Shown one piece after another: positions 24,685-39,006 of a stretch of DNA of 64,000 nt (within the stretch, counting starts at the first letter, position 1; each line of letters opens with the position of its first letter). A program made the position numbers and the translations under genes. The notes below the pieces were generated by a model. It was not told the origin of the DNA. It saw only the letters and a program-made list of their open reading frames with translations, and made no database searches. Source of the DNA: Paraphysomonas bandaiensis (lineage: Eukaryota > Protista > Chrysophyceae); assembly GCA_965644295.1 (NCBI GenBank), contig CBFFRP010000016.1, positions 89,900-153,899 of the forward strand. The letters run 5' to 3'.

Positions 24685-27610
24685 CTATAGGAGATCATCA
24701 TCATCTTCCTCTTCACCTCCTACCACCTCCATATCTCCCTGGCTTTGGTACATATCCACTATCTGATCAGATGAAGTTGCCCCCTCTGGCTTCTTATCTG
24801 GCCTATCTCTAAGATACCGAGGAAATCTCAATCCGATCCCCCTCCCACTGCTGTCAACTTTTCCCATGCCACCTTTGTGAACACTGGATTTGGATAGATC
24901 AGCTGCCTGGAGCTCCCACACGACATTAGGCTCGAACCAATCATCTGGCGTCAATGGGTCTCCTACACTGTAGTTGGAAGGTTTACGGCCAGTGGATGAA
25001 ATGTGAGACTTCATTTGCTCGGTGAGGCGCTGTAGATCCTCATCTTTAAAACCAGTTCCCACTTTGCAAACACTCTGGAACTCGTCACTGTCTGGGTCAT
25101 AGCACTGCGATGGATACATTTAACTATTATTATTATTTCAGCAAGCGCTAAGTATGAAATTATAACGTAGTGCGACAACACCATCCATACACCACACATA
25201 TACACACCAGCCAGTTCATATGATTGACACTTGACACTTACCGCCATAAGATAAGCACCATATACATTCGTTCTTTTTCCCCGTCCATGGTATCCCCCAA
25301 TGACCACCAGGTCTACCGAATCACACACACCCATTCCGTCTATATAATCCTTTTTGAGTTTTAGCCAATTAAGCGATCTCTTGGAAGGCTCATAAGTAGC
25401 ATTCTGAGATAGGGTTTTGACCATCAAACCCTCACACATCGCCCCGCATGCCTCTTGCATAAAAACTTCAATGGGAGTCGTGTCTCCGTTCTCCATATGA
25501 TCACTACCACTCGCGAAGTGAAAGAAACCCTCTGAATGGGTAAAACTGGCATGTAGAAGCTCTCTGCGTCGAAGAAAGGACTCTTGTAACAAACTCTTTC
25601 CATTTAGATATATCAGATCAAACGCTTGCAATATGACCTTGACTTTTTGGCTGTCCTCTTCTCCGTCCTCAACCTTTCTTTTACGCGTGGATAGCACCTG
25701 GAAGGGCAGCAGGCAACCCTTCTCTCTGTCATAAGCAACCACTTCTGCGTCAACCACACAGGACACAACTTCTTCTCGCTTCGCGTTCCTAATCCATCAT
25801 AGGAAAGAGATTAAATCATATGCCAGTTGTACGATGGGATAACATATAAAAACGATGAAAACACCAATGAGCATTATACAGAACACAGTTGATACAAATC
25901 TGACAGACACCACTCATTTCGGCTTTATCGATTCGTAAAAAGCTCACAGCGTTACCAAGAGCAATATCTCACCTTATGACGTCCATCAGATCAGGATACT
26001 TCGGGGAATTATCTTCACTATTTCTAGAAAAAATCTTGACAGTTCCATCGGAGAGGAGGTGTACCTGTGCCCTCTCTCCATCATACTTGTACTCCATAGT
26101 AAACAACTGCCCTGAGAGTCTCTTGAGAACTTCTGCTACTTGCTTTGTAGGCTTCGCGAGCATTGGCGCAACAGGCACACCAGGAGTGAGTCGGCAGTGC
26201 TTGTGTAGATCATGAAGTGGATGGTGTAGCAACGCATCCACCAATACAGAAAGAGAGGGACATTCAGAAAAGGCACGCTTAACTGCGATAACGGCCATTT
26301 CGTTGCGGACATCGCGGGAGAGACGGCCAGATAGCTTGACAGCCTCAGGTGGGGGGCGGACGGCCACCTTTTCCAGCATTTCCACCATATCCTTCTCGAC
26401 TGCACTATCGCTCTCATTATCATTTTCCTGGGACTCAGTGATATTCTCGAGCGATCTCTTTCTCTTTCCTTTTGCAACTATTACATCGTCTTCATCATCA
26501 CTGTCTACCAAACCATCATCATCTGCCTCGGATACCATAGATTTTACTCCAGTGGGGGAATCTTCCTCCACTCCAGTAAATAATGGGGAGGCAAAAGCAT
26601 TGGCCAGGCCAATGAGAACAGTTTGTGCTGCTGTGCCTGAAAAGCAAAAAAAAATAAGTTGCTGCATAATGATTTCACCACATTTCTCAAGAAACATAAA
26701 AAGGAACAATATCATGACCATTCCTCACAGACGTAATACAACTTCTATATAACACGAGGTAGTACCTAGACGAAGCTTCCCTTGCAGTGCTCTGACGATG
26801 TACTTCGCCTCATTTCCCTGGCAGGCAATCATCATTTTCTTTATGATTCCAACTTTACGATCCATTGATTTGCTACCAGTAGTTCGAGTAATAAGTCTAA
26901 GTTGTTCCAAAACGTTTCGGGCTGTGAGGGCTTTAGGCTTAGCACCAAATCCTAGGGTACTCTGACTTGATCGACTTTGACAAGCGACCGTGCCGAGATC
27001 TCCGTCATTTTTGTACGCTGCTTGCACAGCGGCCCTGTTCCTTCCGGTGGATTCTACCACGGCTTTTATCAGTAAAGCATCACCTATATATATATTACCG
27101 ATAATACTACCTTATCAGAGAGCACTTACCGATCCCCAGTTCCAAACCTTCGTAAGCGGGAAACACCTTATTCGAAGTCAAGTACACCACGCTGTCGAGA
27201 TCTTCCGGAGTAGTAACCGTAACTGCTTTATAAAGCTGACATAGAATTGACTCCTTCTCCAAGCGACTTGATGTATTTCCTATCTTATCAAAGGCTGCAG
27301 CAACCGCAGCATAAGGGACAGGCTCGCCCTTCTTCCATGTTATAATAGCCGCTAAACTAGAGGGAATATCAGACACACTGACAGCAGATGCGCTGATTGA
27401 AGGCGAATCATCAGACACAGCAGTGTCTTGTTTTGTCTGTACGGAAGATATCGTCCGAGCGGATGTGTCTGTGTCTGTGTCGGGTGATTTAACAGGCTTG
27501 GTCTCTACAGCCGCGTGTGTTGATTCATGAGGAGGGGCGTGACTCCCAGCTGTCTCTCTCTTCTTTGATAAGGAGGATTTACCATTGCCAAAAAAATTAC
27601 GAATGTCCAT
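24685..27610 (-). CDS. LIG1: ATP-dependent DNA ligase I, multi-exon
   Basis: N-terminal DIRNFF (PIP-like), DNA-binding domain (ELGIG; IVRALQGKLRLG), PMLAKP, active-site KYDGER, EGLMVK, WLKLKKDY, LRFPRY. Confidence 0.96.
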
Positions 27611-27996
27611 AATCTCCACCCAATAATTATCGTGATGGAGGTGATGTATGCTTTAGTGAGCTCGGCCTATCTCCCATATATATGTATATACATGTACATG
27701 TCCATGCATAAGATCGCTCTATGTAGTGTATATGTACAGCAGTATGTGCGGTGTATGTGCGGTGTATGTATGTGTACATAGGATTGACTGGGAGTTAAAT
27801 TCAAATATTCGAACTGTACGTGGTGTGTGCACTTCATACTGCTGTATATGTGCTGTATTCATGGCTGGATATGGTATACAGTGTAGTGCTGCTGCTGTAT
27901 GTGGTGGGCACATTAACACGCATATCTAGAGGGGGATCATCTATCTTACACAGGCGCTCAACACCCGTCGCCTCTATTATTCTCCTTGATACTGCA

Positions 27997-28923
27997 ATGC
28001 ACAAACTTCTACACTCATGTTTAATTAAATGTTCTGGTAGCTTCATGTGGCGCCGCTTCTGTTCTTCGTCCTTAAAGGACACACTGCATCAAGAGATGAT
28101 AAAGGAAACACTATGGGCTAAAAGTGAGAAGTACCAGAGCTTCTTAAAGACAGTGAGCCAAGTTCCTGAGCGTCATATTATTCAGCCTAGCTTAGAGGGT
28201 TATATGCGAGAGCGGGGTTGTGGAGAGTTCACGCAGGATGATGCGGCCATGCGTATAATATCCACTCTTACAACTCACCCACTAACTTTAGCTTATGGCA
28301 TACAACATATTTTCCCCTCCCCGCTTCCACGCGTGCGTATTCTTGCACTTGGTATGCGTAGTGAGTCTACATTGCCCATGATGTGGTGGCGTGAGACTTT
28401 GCTAGCTACAGAGAAAAGTAGCCAGGTAGAACTTGAAATGCTTGGTCCCGATTTAAGTGAATTGAATCATTCCAAAAGTATTGACTTGCCTAGCGGAGAT
28501 GAGAATACTACCAAGATGCTTATGGTGCACTCACCTACAGAGAATAAAGTTGTATTTCATGAGCACCCTGATCATATGGACAAGCTACGTTCGAGTGACA
28601 TGTTCGTGCTGTTTAACCCGGGCTTTGGAGCGAATGCTATTATGAAAAAGCAGTGGAGAGACACCCTTTCTCTGATCTTACAAACGCGTAAGCCTATTTT
28701 ATGTACAGCTCATAGTGAAGGTGATCTTGCCCGTGATCTCGCTTTCTTGGACTTTTTAACGTCGGAGGAAGACCACGAGAATTTCGGCGAGCCATTAGAG
28801 TTCCTCATGATGCCACACACTAACCCTTTCAGATCCCATAGGCGCAGATTTGATTCCAATGAGGACGGTAATTCTAATATTGTTAGCGCAAATCACAGTA
28901 TATATGCGTTTATACGGAAGTAG
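27997..28923 (+). CDS. MSS51 C-terminal domain-like protein, possibly mitochondrial
   Basis: Motifs LTTHPLTL, ILALGMRSE, FNPGF, W..TL..IL....PILCTAHSEGD, NPFRS; basic targeting-like N-terminus. Confidence 0.65.
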   Translation: MHKLLHSCLIKCSGSFMWRRFCSSSLKDTLHQEMIKETLWAKSEKYQSFLKTVSQVPERHIIQPSLEGYMRERGCGEFTQDDAAMRIISTLTTHPLTLAYGIQHIFPSPLPRVRILALGMRSESTLPMMWWRETLLATEKSSQVELEMLGPDLSELNHSKSIDLPSGDENTTKMLMVHSPTENKVVFHEHPDHMDKLRSSDMFVLFNPGFGANAIMKKQWRDTLSLILQTRKPILCTAHSEGDLARDLAFLDFLTSEEDHENFGEPLEFLMMPHTNPFRSHRRRFDSNEDGNSNIVSANHSIYAFIRK

Positions 28924-29893
28924 TATTCATGGAACATATGGTTGTAAATAATATTTAAGTACTGTGTTTATGGACATTTAATGTAAATGGTTGTATACAC
29001 CATACTATATTTTCAGAATACTTTACGTGGCTAACACTGTTAGCTTGTCTTTGTCTGGAAAACAGCACTTTCTTAGACTGACAATAGCCTTGAAGCTTAT
29101 CAGTGCTGCGAAAATATATTTAATGTATGTAGAATTTCGGTGTTACTCCAACCAACTAGAGTATATGTATGAATACACCCTATGCAGTTAAATAGGGGGA
29201 TATATCTAGAAGCCCACACTAGGCAATCTTCATACGAGAGGAAGAAACACTGGAGATACGTCATTCGTTCACTGTATTATTTTGTAGTAACCATCTATCG
29301 GGTTAATATATGATACGAGCCCTTCATTGTATATGCTTATGCTTGTACATAATTATATGATTGACATGGTACAATTAATAATATTATTATCGACTCTGAA
29401 CCAAGATCTGCTGAGTAATATAACAATGATACGATGACCATACTATCGACATATTCAACAGAAACAGACACAGAGATATCAGAATCCTCATGAAGACTAG
29501 CAATGAAGAATAAAGATGAGAACAAATTCCAACAATCGTTCATGCGGAGATATGCTTTGGTTGAATCAATGTTTATTATGTTCGTGCCAGATGGGCACTA
29601 GCCCAGTGACTATACTTCTTCACGTTGGGTGCTTTCCGTCCTCTCTTAATGGGTGCGGCTTATTCTTATGTGGTTGAAGGATACTGCACACATTGTGTGC
29701 TCGAATTCCTAAAATCCCTATTTTTCGCACTTTCCAATAATTTTTAAGTATATTTTGTGAAAGGAGGGGTTTTGTCAGTGCAGAAAAGTGCTGTGCTGTA
29801 GTATCATGCAGTGTGTATGTCGACAGGGTGATATGGCACACTTATAGTTCTTAACATGCATCTTCCCTTTGTAAGCTCAATACAAGAATACTA

Positions 29894-30289
29894 ATGGGTG
29901 ATAATGCGACCAAATCATGGGAATGGCATAACAATGAAGTTGGCATTGGCTATGCTGCTCGAGGAGTTGTTCGTCAGCGCACAACTGCCTCCGCTAGTGA
30001 TAAAATAATAGATATGAGTCAACCGCGTATAGAGCCTGACAATAGTAAGGATGCAAAATCATCCAAGAAGAAAAAAGAAAAGAAGGATAAAAAAGACAAA
30101 AAAGATAGAAAGGAGAGAAAGAAACATTCGAAATCGAAAAAGTCAAAGAAGAGACACCGCGTGTCCCGCGAGAGTGATAGCGACAGTGCAGCTGAAAAGA
30201 GTTCTGTGAAGAAAATTTGTTTCAATCCATTTTTGCAGATTCTTGCTTCGAAACTGAGTGATACGACGAGAGTGTTTGAAGTAGATTAG
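29894..30289 (+). CDS. Small Lys-rich hypothetical protein
   Basis: 131-aa ATG ORF with a KKEKKDKKDKK tract. Confidence 0.65.
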   Translation: MGDNATKSWEWHNNEVGIGYAARGVVRQRTTASASDKIIDMSQPRIEPDNSKDAKSSKKKKEKKDKKDKKDRKERKKHSKSKKSKKRHRVSRESDSDSAAEKSSVKKICFNPFLQILASKLSDTTRVFEVD

Positions 30290-30471
30290 ACTCGATTGAA
30301 ACATTTTAAGTGAGTATTCTCACGTTTCAGTCATTATTATTTGTGTCTATAATATGGGGATGGTGTATGTACACAAAAATAGGGTGCTACTTATTGATAA
30401 TTGATAATAGTAAATTGTATACGGTTTAGACATACACCTACTAGACTAAACGTGCTAATACTACATGCTAC

Positions 30472-31574
30472 CAGGCTTGCGTAACAATTAATTGGTTATA
30501 AAAGTGATAATTTCAATTAGTATTATTGGTAAATTATATATAGCAACTTACGATACCTAGCTGCTGATCTTAGGTGCACACCCATTATATGTTAGTATAG
30601 TAGTATGGATGTATGTGCACAGTCACGTTATTATTATATTAATCATAATTAGGGTTACAATACACTTGAACCTCAGCATGCAAGAGTAATACATCATGTC
30701 AAAGATCGTTGGCAGAAAACAAACTGAGCACCTCTCTAACGATCGTCTAGATACATAGCATATAAATTATGTGATAGCATATCCAACGGCTTCGATAGAA
30801 TCAAGTATAGTAATGTAAATGACGTTATAAGTGTATCCGTTAGGTACCACTATCAGAGGAAGAGAAGTATGTGTGTGTGCAAGAATACCTTAATACAGAG
30901 GATCCGTAGTGTGGTGTGTGCAACGATAATGGGCTAGAAGCATTGGATAGCCATACTTACCATTCTTATTTATTCAAATGGATGGCATCGAAATGATTTA
31001 ATTCGTCAGTACCTTGGGATGAAATTTCACCGGGGTGCAGACGCGGAAATTGTTCAAAATGCAGGTTTCGAGAGAGCAGTAGTCAAAATTCAGCGCGGCA
31101 GGGAGGAAGAACTGAACCGCACTGAAAACGCACAGGTGCGACGCTTTTTGATAAATGATGTACCTGCACACGAAGGTGAACTTGAAGAGAAAGAGAAGGA
31201 GGAGGAGGAGGAAGACGATACCATTTGTTTACTTAACGACAACAGAAAGCGCCAAAAAGCACGCATCAAACTTCCAACACGATATCGTTGCATGAAGTAT
31301 TTGTATAACATTACCAATGTTTGTGAGAGGTTGTTTAACAAAACTAAGATTGTTATGACTAGATTTTTGCAAGCGAATGACACCTTGAAATGTTGAATTT
31401 TCTGCGTGAAAAATGTTAATGTTTCTCTGGGGTGAGACTATAGTACAGAAAGATATTCTAAAATCTAATATTAGAATTAATTGCATTGCCAATAATTGGA
31501 TGCTTGATTAATAAATACAATTATTATTGTTGGACACCTGTCACCTGTCACCAATTAATTGTTACGCTAGCCTG
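30472..31574 (+). mobile_element. Non-autonomous hAT element with a decayed transposase C-terminus (31019-31440)
   Basis: 25-bp TIRs CAGGCTTGCGTAACAATTAATTGGT / ACCAATTAATTGTTACGCTAGCCTG. The ORF carries FERAVVKIQ and TNVCERLFNKTKIVM (hAT dimerisation-like). Imperfect TSD (CATGCTAC / ATGGCTAC). Confidence 0.85.
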
Positions 31575-32210
31575 ATGGCTACAATCGAGTCATATCCCCA
31601 TATCAAATATACAGTATTACTGCAGGCTTTAAAAGTATTTCAAACTTTCGTATATGTTACAAAAACAAAAATTTTATGGACTTGTGCTGCATATGTATAA
31701 TAAGTAAGTGAAGTATAGTAAGTTGTTACAAAGTGTGAATATAAGTAAGTGTTACTAAGTACTTAGTGAGCTTGCTAGCCTGGGGTATATTCGTCTTTTT
31801 CTAGAAGTAGCCATATTGTATCACGCTGCCTTATTTCGCTGAAAGCATCACTAAATTCCAAATTTATAAGGAGAAGAATTAAAAATTCATTAGCGTGAAT
31901 CTTTTATTATTTTGAGGACACCTATACCACAATATATAGTGAGGGGTCATTTCAACCATACTGACTAGAGGTTCAGTAATATATTTCTCCTAGCATAACA
32001 TGATAAAATCTATATTGCTCTGTCTGGCACCAATGCCGTACAAAACAGAAACCGAGCATAAAAATCTAACTGAAAAAATATATACATATTCAACTGTACG
32101 ACCGAAAATGTCAATGCAGTGTTTGAAGAACACTGCTAAAGTATTTATCACCATCAGGACTACGCAGATTGTAGTCACCCCCGTTCAGCACAAAGACAAA
32201 ATGTGAGCAA

Positions 32211-33053
32211 CTATTCCTTTGACGATAAAATATCCAATGCGAACATCGCATTTTCGAAGTCAATTTCACAGTCATCTGCCAAGCATGAATTCATATCCTG
32301 TGTACTTGTGGCAGTCACATCATGTCCTTGAAACAGGTTGTCCTCTCCAAGTGATGGACAACAAGAAAACTCTATCTCACACACTGGATCCATAGTTGCA
32401 GATTGCATCGACACACGGCGAGATGGGGCTGAGTTTGTACCCATTGGGAGCTCGAAAGACATCGTACTCATCCGTTCGTTTTGTAAATACATCGTCTGTC
32501 GTGACATTAAAGTGTCATCACCTGGGTGCACTTTAGAGGCTTTCGTGTGCCCCATTTGAAATACAATGTTTTTCTTGGGTTTTATAGAGTGAGAAATGGC
32601 CGCTCGGTCGCTTGACTCTTTACGGCGTTCGATAAATAACTCTCTTCTAAACTTAAGAACCATGCGCTTCAGTCGCAAGCCCCACTCATGCTTTCGTTGG
32701 TCGAGGTACAGCGGGCGTTGTTCCTTGACCTTTTCAAACGTATCATACTCTGACTCTCCCTCATGGCAATAAGCCCTATATAATTTCATATACCGAAGTA
32801 AAATAATTGCTGTTCTAGCGTCAAGTTCCAAACCAAGGTGACCCCATGCCCAATCCATAACCAGCACCGGGTCCATAACTTCGTTCCGACTTTCCACAAA
32901 GAGGACTTTCAATAATGCATTTTCCATTTCGCGATCACTCTTAACAGCCTCCATAACCCCTTTAATGGCTTCATATAGATCGCCGCTCTCAAGGCCCAAG
33001 TCATCATCTCTCCACTTGGCCTTAAAGATTCTCTCCCATAGACGACGCAGCAT
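32211..33053 (-). CDS. Hypothetical protein
   Basis: 280-aa ATG ORF with protein-like composition; no recognised motif. Confidence 0.65.
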   Translation of the reverse strand: MLRRLWERIFKAKWRDDDLGLESGDLYEAIKGVMEAVKSDREMENALLKVLFVESRNEVMDPVLVMDWAWGHLGLELDARTAIILLRYMKLYRAYCHEGESEYDTFEKVKEQRPLYLDQRKHEWGLRLKRMVLKFRRELFIERRKESSDRAAISHSIKPKKNIVFQMGHTKASKVHPGDDTLMSRQTMYLQNERMSTMSFELPMGTNSAPSRRVSMQSATMDPVCEIEFSCCPSLGEDNLFQGHDVTATSTQDMNSCLADDCEIDFENAMFALDILSSKE

Positions 33054-33317
33054 AATAGTGTGACAGAAATAGCACTATGAAGTCAATCTCATGCCCTCCT
33101 CACTTGCGTATTAGTGGCAATCGACAGTCTATTGTTAGAATTCAGAGATTATCTAACTGTTGGTAATCCCGCCAGCCCATCGTACTCATTTCCATATACG
33201 TGGGCATATACACAAAAACGGAGGGACGCTGAACCGTGAGAGGAGTGCAGGAATTCTTATGTGTCCGCATCAAGAACAACCTTTCCCATGTACCTAAACA
33301 CTGTACCTACCTACAGT

Positions 33318-34685
33318 GCATACATACATACATACATACATACATACATACATACATACATACATACATACATACATACATACATACATACATACATACA
33401 TACATACATACATACATACATACATACATACATACATACATACATACATACATACATACATACATACATACATACATACATACATACATACATACATTCA
33501 TACATACATACATACATACATACATACATACATACCTACATACATACATACATACATACATACATACATACATACATACATACATACATACATACATACA
33601 TACATACATACATACATACATACATACATACATACATACATACATACATACATACATACCTACATACCTACCTACATACATACATACATACATACATACA
33701 TACATACATACATACATACATACATACATACATACATACATACATACATACATACATACATACATACATACATACATACATACATACATACATACATACA
33801 TACATACATACATACATACATACATACATACATACATACATACATACATACATACATACATACATACATACATACATACATACATACATACATACATACA
33901 TACATACATACATACATACATACATACATACATACATACCTACATACATACATACATACATACATACATACATACATACATACATACATACATACATACA
34001 TACATACATACATACATACATACATACATACATACATACATACATACATACATACATACATACATACATACATACATACATACATACATACATACATACA
34101 TACATACATACATACATACATACATACATACATACATACATACATACATACATACATACATACATACATACATACATACATACATACATACATACATACA
34201 TACATACATACATACATACATACATACATACATACATACATACATACATACATACATACATACATACATACATACATACATACATACATACATACATACA
34301 TACATACATACAGACATACAGACATACATACATACATACATACAGACATACATACATACAGACATACATACAGACATACATACATACATACATACATACA
34401 TACATACATACATACATACATACATACATACATACATACATACATACATACATACATACATACATACATACATACATACATACATACATACATACATACA
34501 TACATACATACATACATACATACATACATACATACATACATACATACCTACATACATACATACATACATACATACATACATACATACATACATACGTACA
34601 TACATACATACATACATACATACATACATACATACCTACATACATACATACATACATACATACATACATACATACATACATACAT
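33318..34685. repeat. (CATA)n microsatellite of about 1.37 kb
   Basis: Direct reading; occasional CCTA, CAGA and CGTA variants. Confidence 0.99.
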
Positions 34686-36030
34686 CATCAAGATATTCCA
34701 AGATATGCTATTCTCTATGTAGGTACAGTACTCTATGGTGGTACCTTACTGCTGACAATTAAGTTGGTGATACTTTACTCAAAAGCAGACAGATAGAATA
34801 GGAGGCATACGCGCATAGTCATTCATTTTTATGTTAATGAATTGGTGGTGGTTACTGTCATATTGTCATGTCTTTGGTGTGGGAATGCGCAAACAGTCAG
34901 TGAAGTTGTAGTTTGTTTAGGCGTGGTTTTCAGTGTGAAGATAGAGTACAGTGTTATGCGTAGTGACTATATGTATATTCTGTAAGGCTCATGTTAGAAG
35001 TATGTTTACAAAGAGAGGGATATAGTTATATTAACCACGGGTAATATGGAGGAAAGAGCCCGACAGTGGATGTTACTCCTTATCCCTAGGTTAATTTGTA
35101 GTTTAATTTCATGATATCTGGATTGTATATCTAGTAGTTTGTTTGATATATGAGGAAATAGGTGTTACCTGAATAACATTAAGAAAACAAATGAAAAACC
35201 AATGTGTATCTACAATATACAATGGTTGCTATTGTACTAGATAAGCTCATAGCAACAATAAATTTTTAAACTTCAATTATGCTAAAACAAGTGTACCCCT
35301 ACCACGGAGGTGTGCTGAGGGGATAGCAAATGCGAGGTTTTGATATACGTACATCAGTATGATGATGAATGTCCAAAATTGTGGTCACATAAGACTTCTT
35401 CTTGTTGTTGGTATCATCATCACATTTATATATAACGCGCCTACCCTCTGCTAGTGTAACTGACTCGAACACTGTGTGTATGATATGAGGCCCACAACAA
35501 GCACGACATGACCCAAACCGTGAAAGCACTGGCTTATTATATGAGTATTGTTTCGTTGTTGTGATTATAAATTATAAATATATCTCACTTGTTCACTTGC
35601 ACTGGAATATTCAGTTGAATCCAATCCAGAAAAAGAAGCACTCCTTTTTAGACAAAATGGAGATAAATAAATACTGAACACTATTATGAATATTTTTTAT
35701 ATATAGGATTCTAATACTATTTCGGCCTTTGCTGGAACTTGAAAACAAAAAGAGGTGAACCAGTGATGCTGCATAATTATAGGTGGACCACGTTTACTAT
35801 GGAACACACACACAAAAATGTTGTGTGTGTGTATGGAGGAGAGGTCACAAAGAATAGTGAAAATCACATGTACTTATCTATGGGTATGGAGGTGCAGTAT
35901 GTCATCTATTCTTAATCTTAAACTTTGGAACTGTCAAGAACGATACGTGGAATCAAGCTACATAGCCACAAATACAAATTAGCCGATGTCATTGTTATTT
36001 TTTATTAGGACTATTCAACATAGCTACGTT

Positions 36031-37524
36031 CAGGCTTGCGTAACCATTAATGGTAATGGCCATTAATGGCCTTCCCCCATAAAATGGAAAAAAAGCAATT
36101 CATTAATGGCCATAAAAATGGGGGAGCGATGTAGTGCCCATTAATGGCCATTAATGGCAATATCCATTAGTTAGTATCCAGTTGTCAGCATCATGTAAGA
36201 ATACGTGACAAGCCACGACCTTCCGGTGCATTATTAGTTATTAATATATTATATACGTATTTAAACAATCTGTTTTAAGAATTCATATAAATTCTATTGA
36301 TGTGATAACATCACAATCATGTTGTGAATGTTAACATGAATTAATTGTACCACCTTCTTTTTTCTAGTTTTAAATTCACAGCCCAGGCACTTGTCAGCTT
36401 AAGCAATAAGAACTTTATGTAATATATTATAATACAAAAAGGTAAAGATATGTAAAGACTGTGAGTATATAGTGAATAAGCAATAAACGGAGACTTTAAT
36501 TTAAACGAGAAGAAATTACAACACGAGTGGCTCGATCATATTTGCAATGTGTAGGTGGCAACGCATATATAATATAATGAACAAATATTGCATTTTTAAT
36601 ACTTATTAAATCGCCATTTGCTCAGAGTTCTCAGTCATGTTGATCTGCAACTTCATCCATCTCTTGTTTATGTTCCCATTTTTTCCCCCTGATTTTTGAC
36701 TTCTGTACCACAGCACCGACGGATCGCGCAAGTAACATCAGACCTTGCTAAGTGCAACGAAGTCGCATTGATGCTGCAGAAATTTTCTGTAGATCATTAT
36801 GTTGTGCGTAGCATGTTCGACAAACTTATTGAAAACTTTCCAGATATGGAACAGTATCTTGGTGCTAATGCTACCATTACAACTAAACCATTATTCGAGA
36901 GAGCTGTTGTGAAGATCCAAAGCCAACTGGAGAATACTCTGACTGTTGCAGAATCTAAAACCGTTAAGGGCTATCTCCTTGCGGCTCATAAGGATGACGA
37001 TAGCAGTGGCGATGATGAAACAGGGGAAACAGGAGGATTTGCTGTGGATATAGTGAGAGAAGCTGTGGCAAAAAAGGCAAAGAACAGCAGGAGAGCCACT
37101 AAATATCGCTCCATGAATCATTTGGTGACGACTTCCAATATTGTTGAGCGATTATTTAGCAGAGCAAAACTTATTATGAGAGACCAGCGCAAGCTAATGG
37201 AACCCCAACATTTGGAGCTGCTACTCTTTTTGCGTTGCAACAAATTCTTATGGAACGAAGTTACCATTGATGATATTATAGTTGCTGATGATGTTTAAGA
37301 GTATTGTTCGCATTAGCTATCTGACCTGACTGTAACATGGGAACGAACTGCTCATCATTGCTGTTAAATAGCTAGTACTTAGTCTAATTATTAACACTTT
37401 CCATTTACTTCTCTCTAAAGCAATAAAGCAATAGTAATCAAACCATAAAAGGTCCATTAATGGCCATAAAAATGGGGGAAGCAATGCGTCGCCATTAATG
37501 GCCATTAATGGTTACGCAAGCCTG
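36031..37524 (+). mobile_element. hAT-superfamily DNA transposon, internally deleted, with 8-bp TSD GCTACGTT
   Basis: TIRs CAGGCTTGCGTAACCATTAATGG / CCATTAATGGTTACGCAAGCCTG. Perfect TSD at 36023-36030 and 37525-37532. Repeated palindromic CCATTAATGG near both ends. Confidence 0.95.
36696..37298 (+). pseudogene. hAT transposase C-terminal fragment (dimerisation domain)
   Basis: TSNIVERLFSRAKLIMRDQRKLMEPQHLELLLFLRCN; the N-terminal part of the transposase is missing. Confidence 0.85.
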
Positions 37525-37905
37525 GCTACGTTATGGCATGTGTATTTGTTTGACTAGTCCATTGGCCTTTGTGCCCATATAATTTAATTGGTATAAGACA
37601 AGAATCCACAATACCTTGTTGGACATCAAAAGTCAGAGAACAATAGATCACGAAACCACAAAAGTAGGGCACATAGAACCCCTACTAAAATTTAGCCAAG
37701 TTGTTTGCAGACAGTAGAATGCAGTATATCCCAGATATTTACTTGCATCACGCACTACACCAAATTCAAGCATACACAAAGTCATTCGCAAACACTAAAC
37801 AGATCGCGCATTATCGCAGCAGGCTACAACTACATATATACATCAGTCTATCACTTTCACGATATGCATACAGGTGAAGTCAACTCATCTTGACCTTTAT
37901 CTATA

Positions 37906-39006
37906 TTAATATAGCGGCCGTAGCCTCCGTGGAACTCCAAGTGGTACAATTAAATCCGCCGAACTTGCACTCTCCGTACAACAAATTTTCTTCTGGGTTG
38001 CAGTTCCAATGGGACGCCTTTTGAGTGGTGTGCCTAGTGGTGGGGTAGGGGCGGTTAAACTATCATGTGATTTCGACACACAATATCTTGGAGGTGTGAT
38101 AAAACCAGCTAAGTGAGAAGGAGTATTGCTATATTGCGGCAACGTCTCACTTGACTGTGTAATCGTCGCATCCACATTGAAATTCGGCACTATGGCATCA
38201 GATTCAGTTGAATTTCTGTTCGGTTCGTCTCCAGTTGTGCACCCTGAATACGTACCCTCAACAAAAGCAGCATTGCTCTCATCTTCAGGGCTATTTATAT
38301 GTTGTGGACTTGATCCACAATTTTCTTCAGGCGTCATATCGCCAATATCTTGGCTATGTTTTAGCGTATCCCTTGTGCTCTCTAGCGATTTTTCAGGTGT
38401 CTCGGCAGGAGTGGAAGGCGTTACACGAGCAGCTCGCTTACACAACCTTTCGTAAAACCTCCTGCGCTGGAGTCTCACCTCCGATGGGTCAGTTTTCTCA
38501 GTCCGATTTTCTTCAGGCTTACGCATGCGTTTCACTGTTGCCTGTAAATGAACACAGTAAACCTAAATATCAACACAACCTAGCAATACAGGAATGCTGA
38601 CCTCGAAAGCGGCATTTTCCCGTCGAAACGCTCTCTCATACTTCAGCTCATCTGACAAGTTAATTTTTCTTTTCGTCTCGATGCTGCGGATAGTCTCAAG
38701 GGTGTGCAAGTAAACAATCTCCGGTACAAATTCTGGTACTTTGTCCCTAAATCCCACTTGACCAGAGTACTTTTTTTGAAGCCTTTTACACTCCACATCA
38801 CTCAGCTGTAACTTTGTATGTTTCCGATCATTATAAGCGCTCAGAATCTTAAGAGCATATTCCGCATTTGCCTTGTCTATAACAGGCTCGTCCACGTCGG
38901 TCATATCATCATACAGAGCCAGTCCCAAGCTCCTCGTTTGGGCTACAAATGCCGCCTCCACATCTACACTATTGTAACTGACTAAGTGGTCACGCTTCTT
39001 CGACAT
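37906..39006 (-). CDS. Hypothetical protein, 2 exons (intron about 38542-38601)
   Basis: Two ORFs joined at GAG|GTCAG ... TTTACAG|GCA; disordered S/T/P-rich tail. Confidence 0.65.

Noticed and set aside
33236-34796. Long HTYI/MYVC ORFs (also at 3131-3468 and 48733-49161)
   Set aside because: These are translations of stop-free (CATA)n microsatellite.
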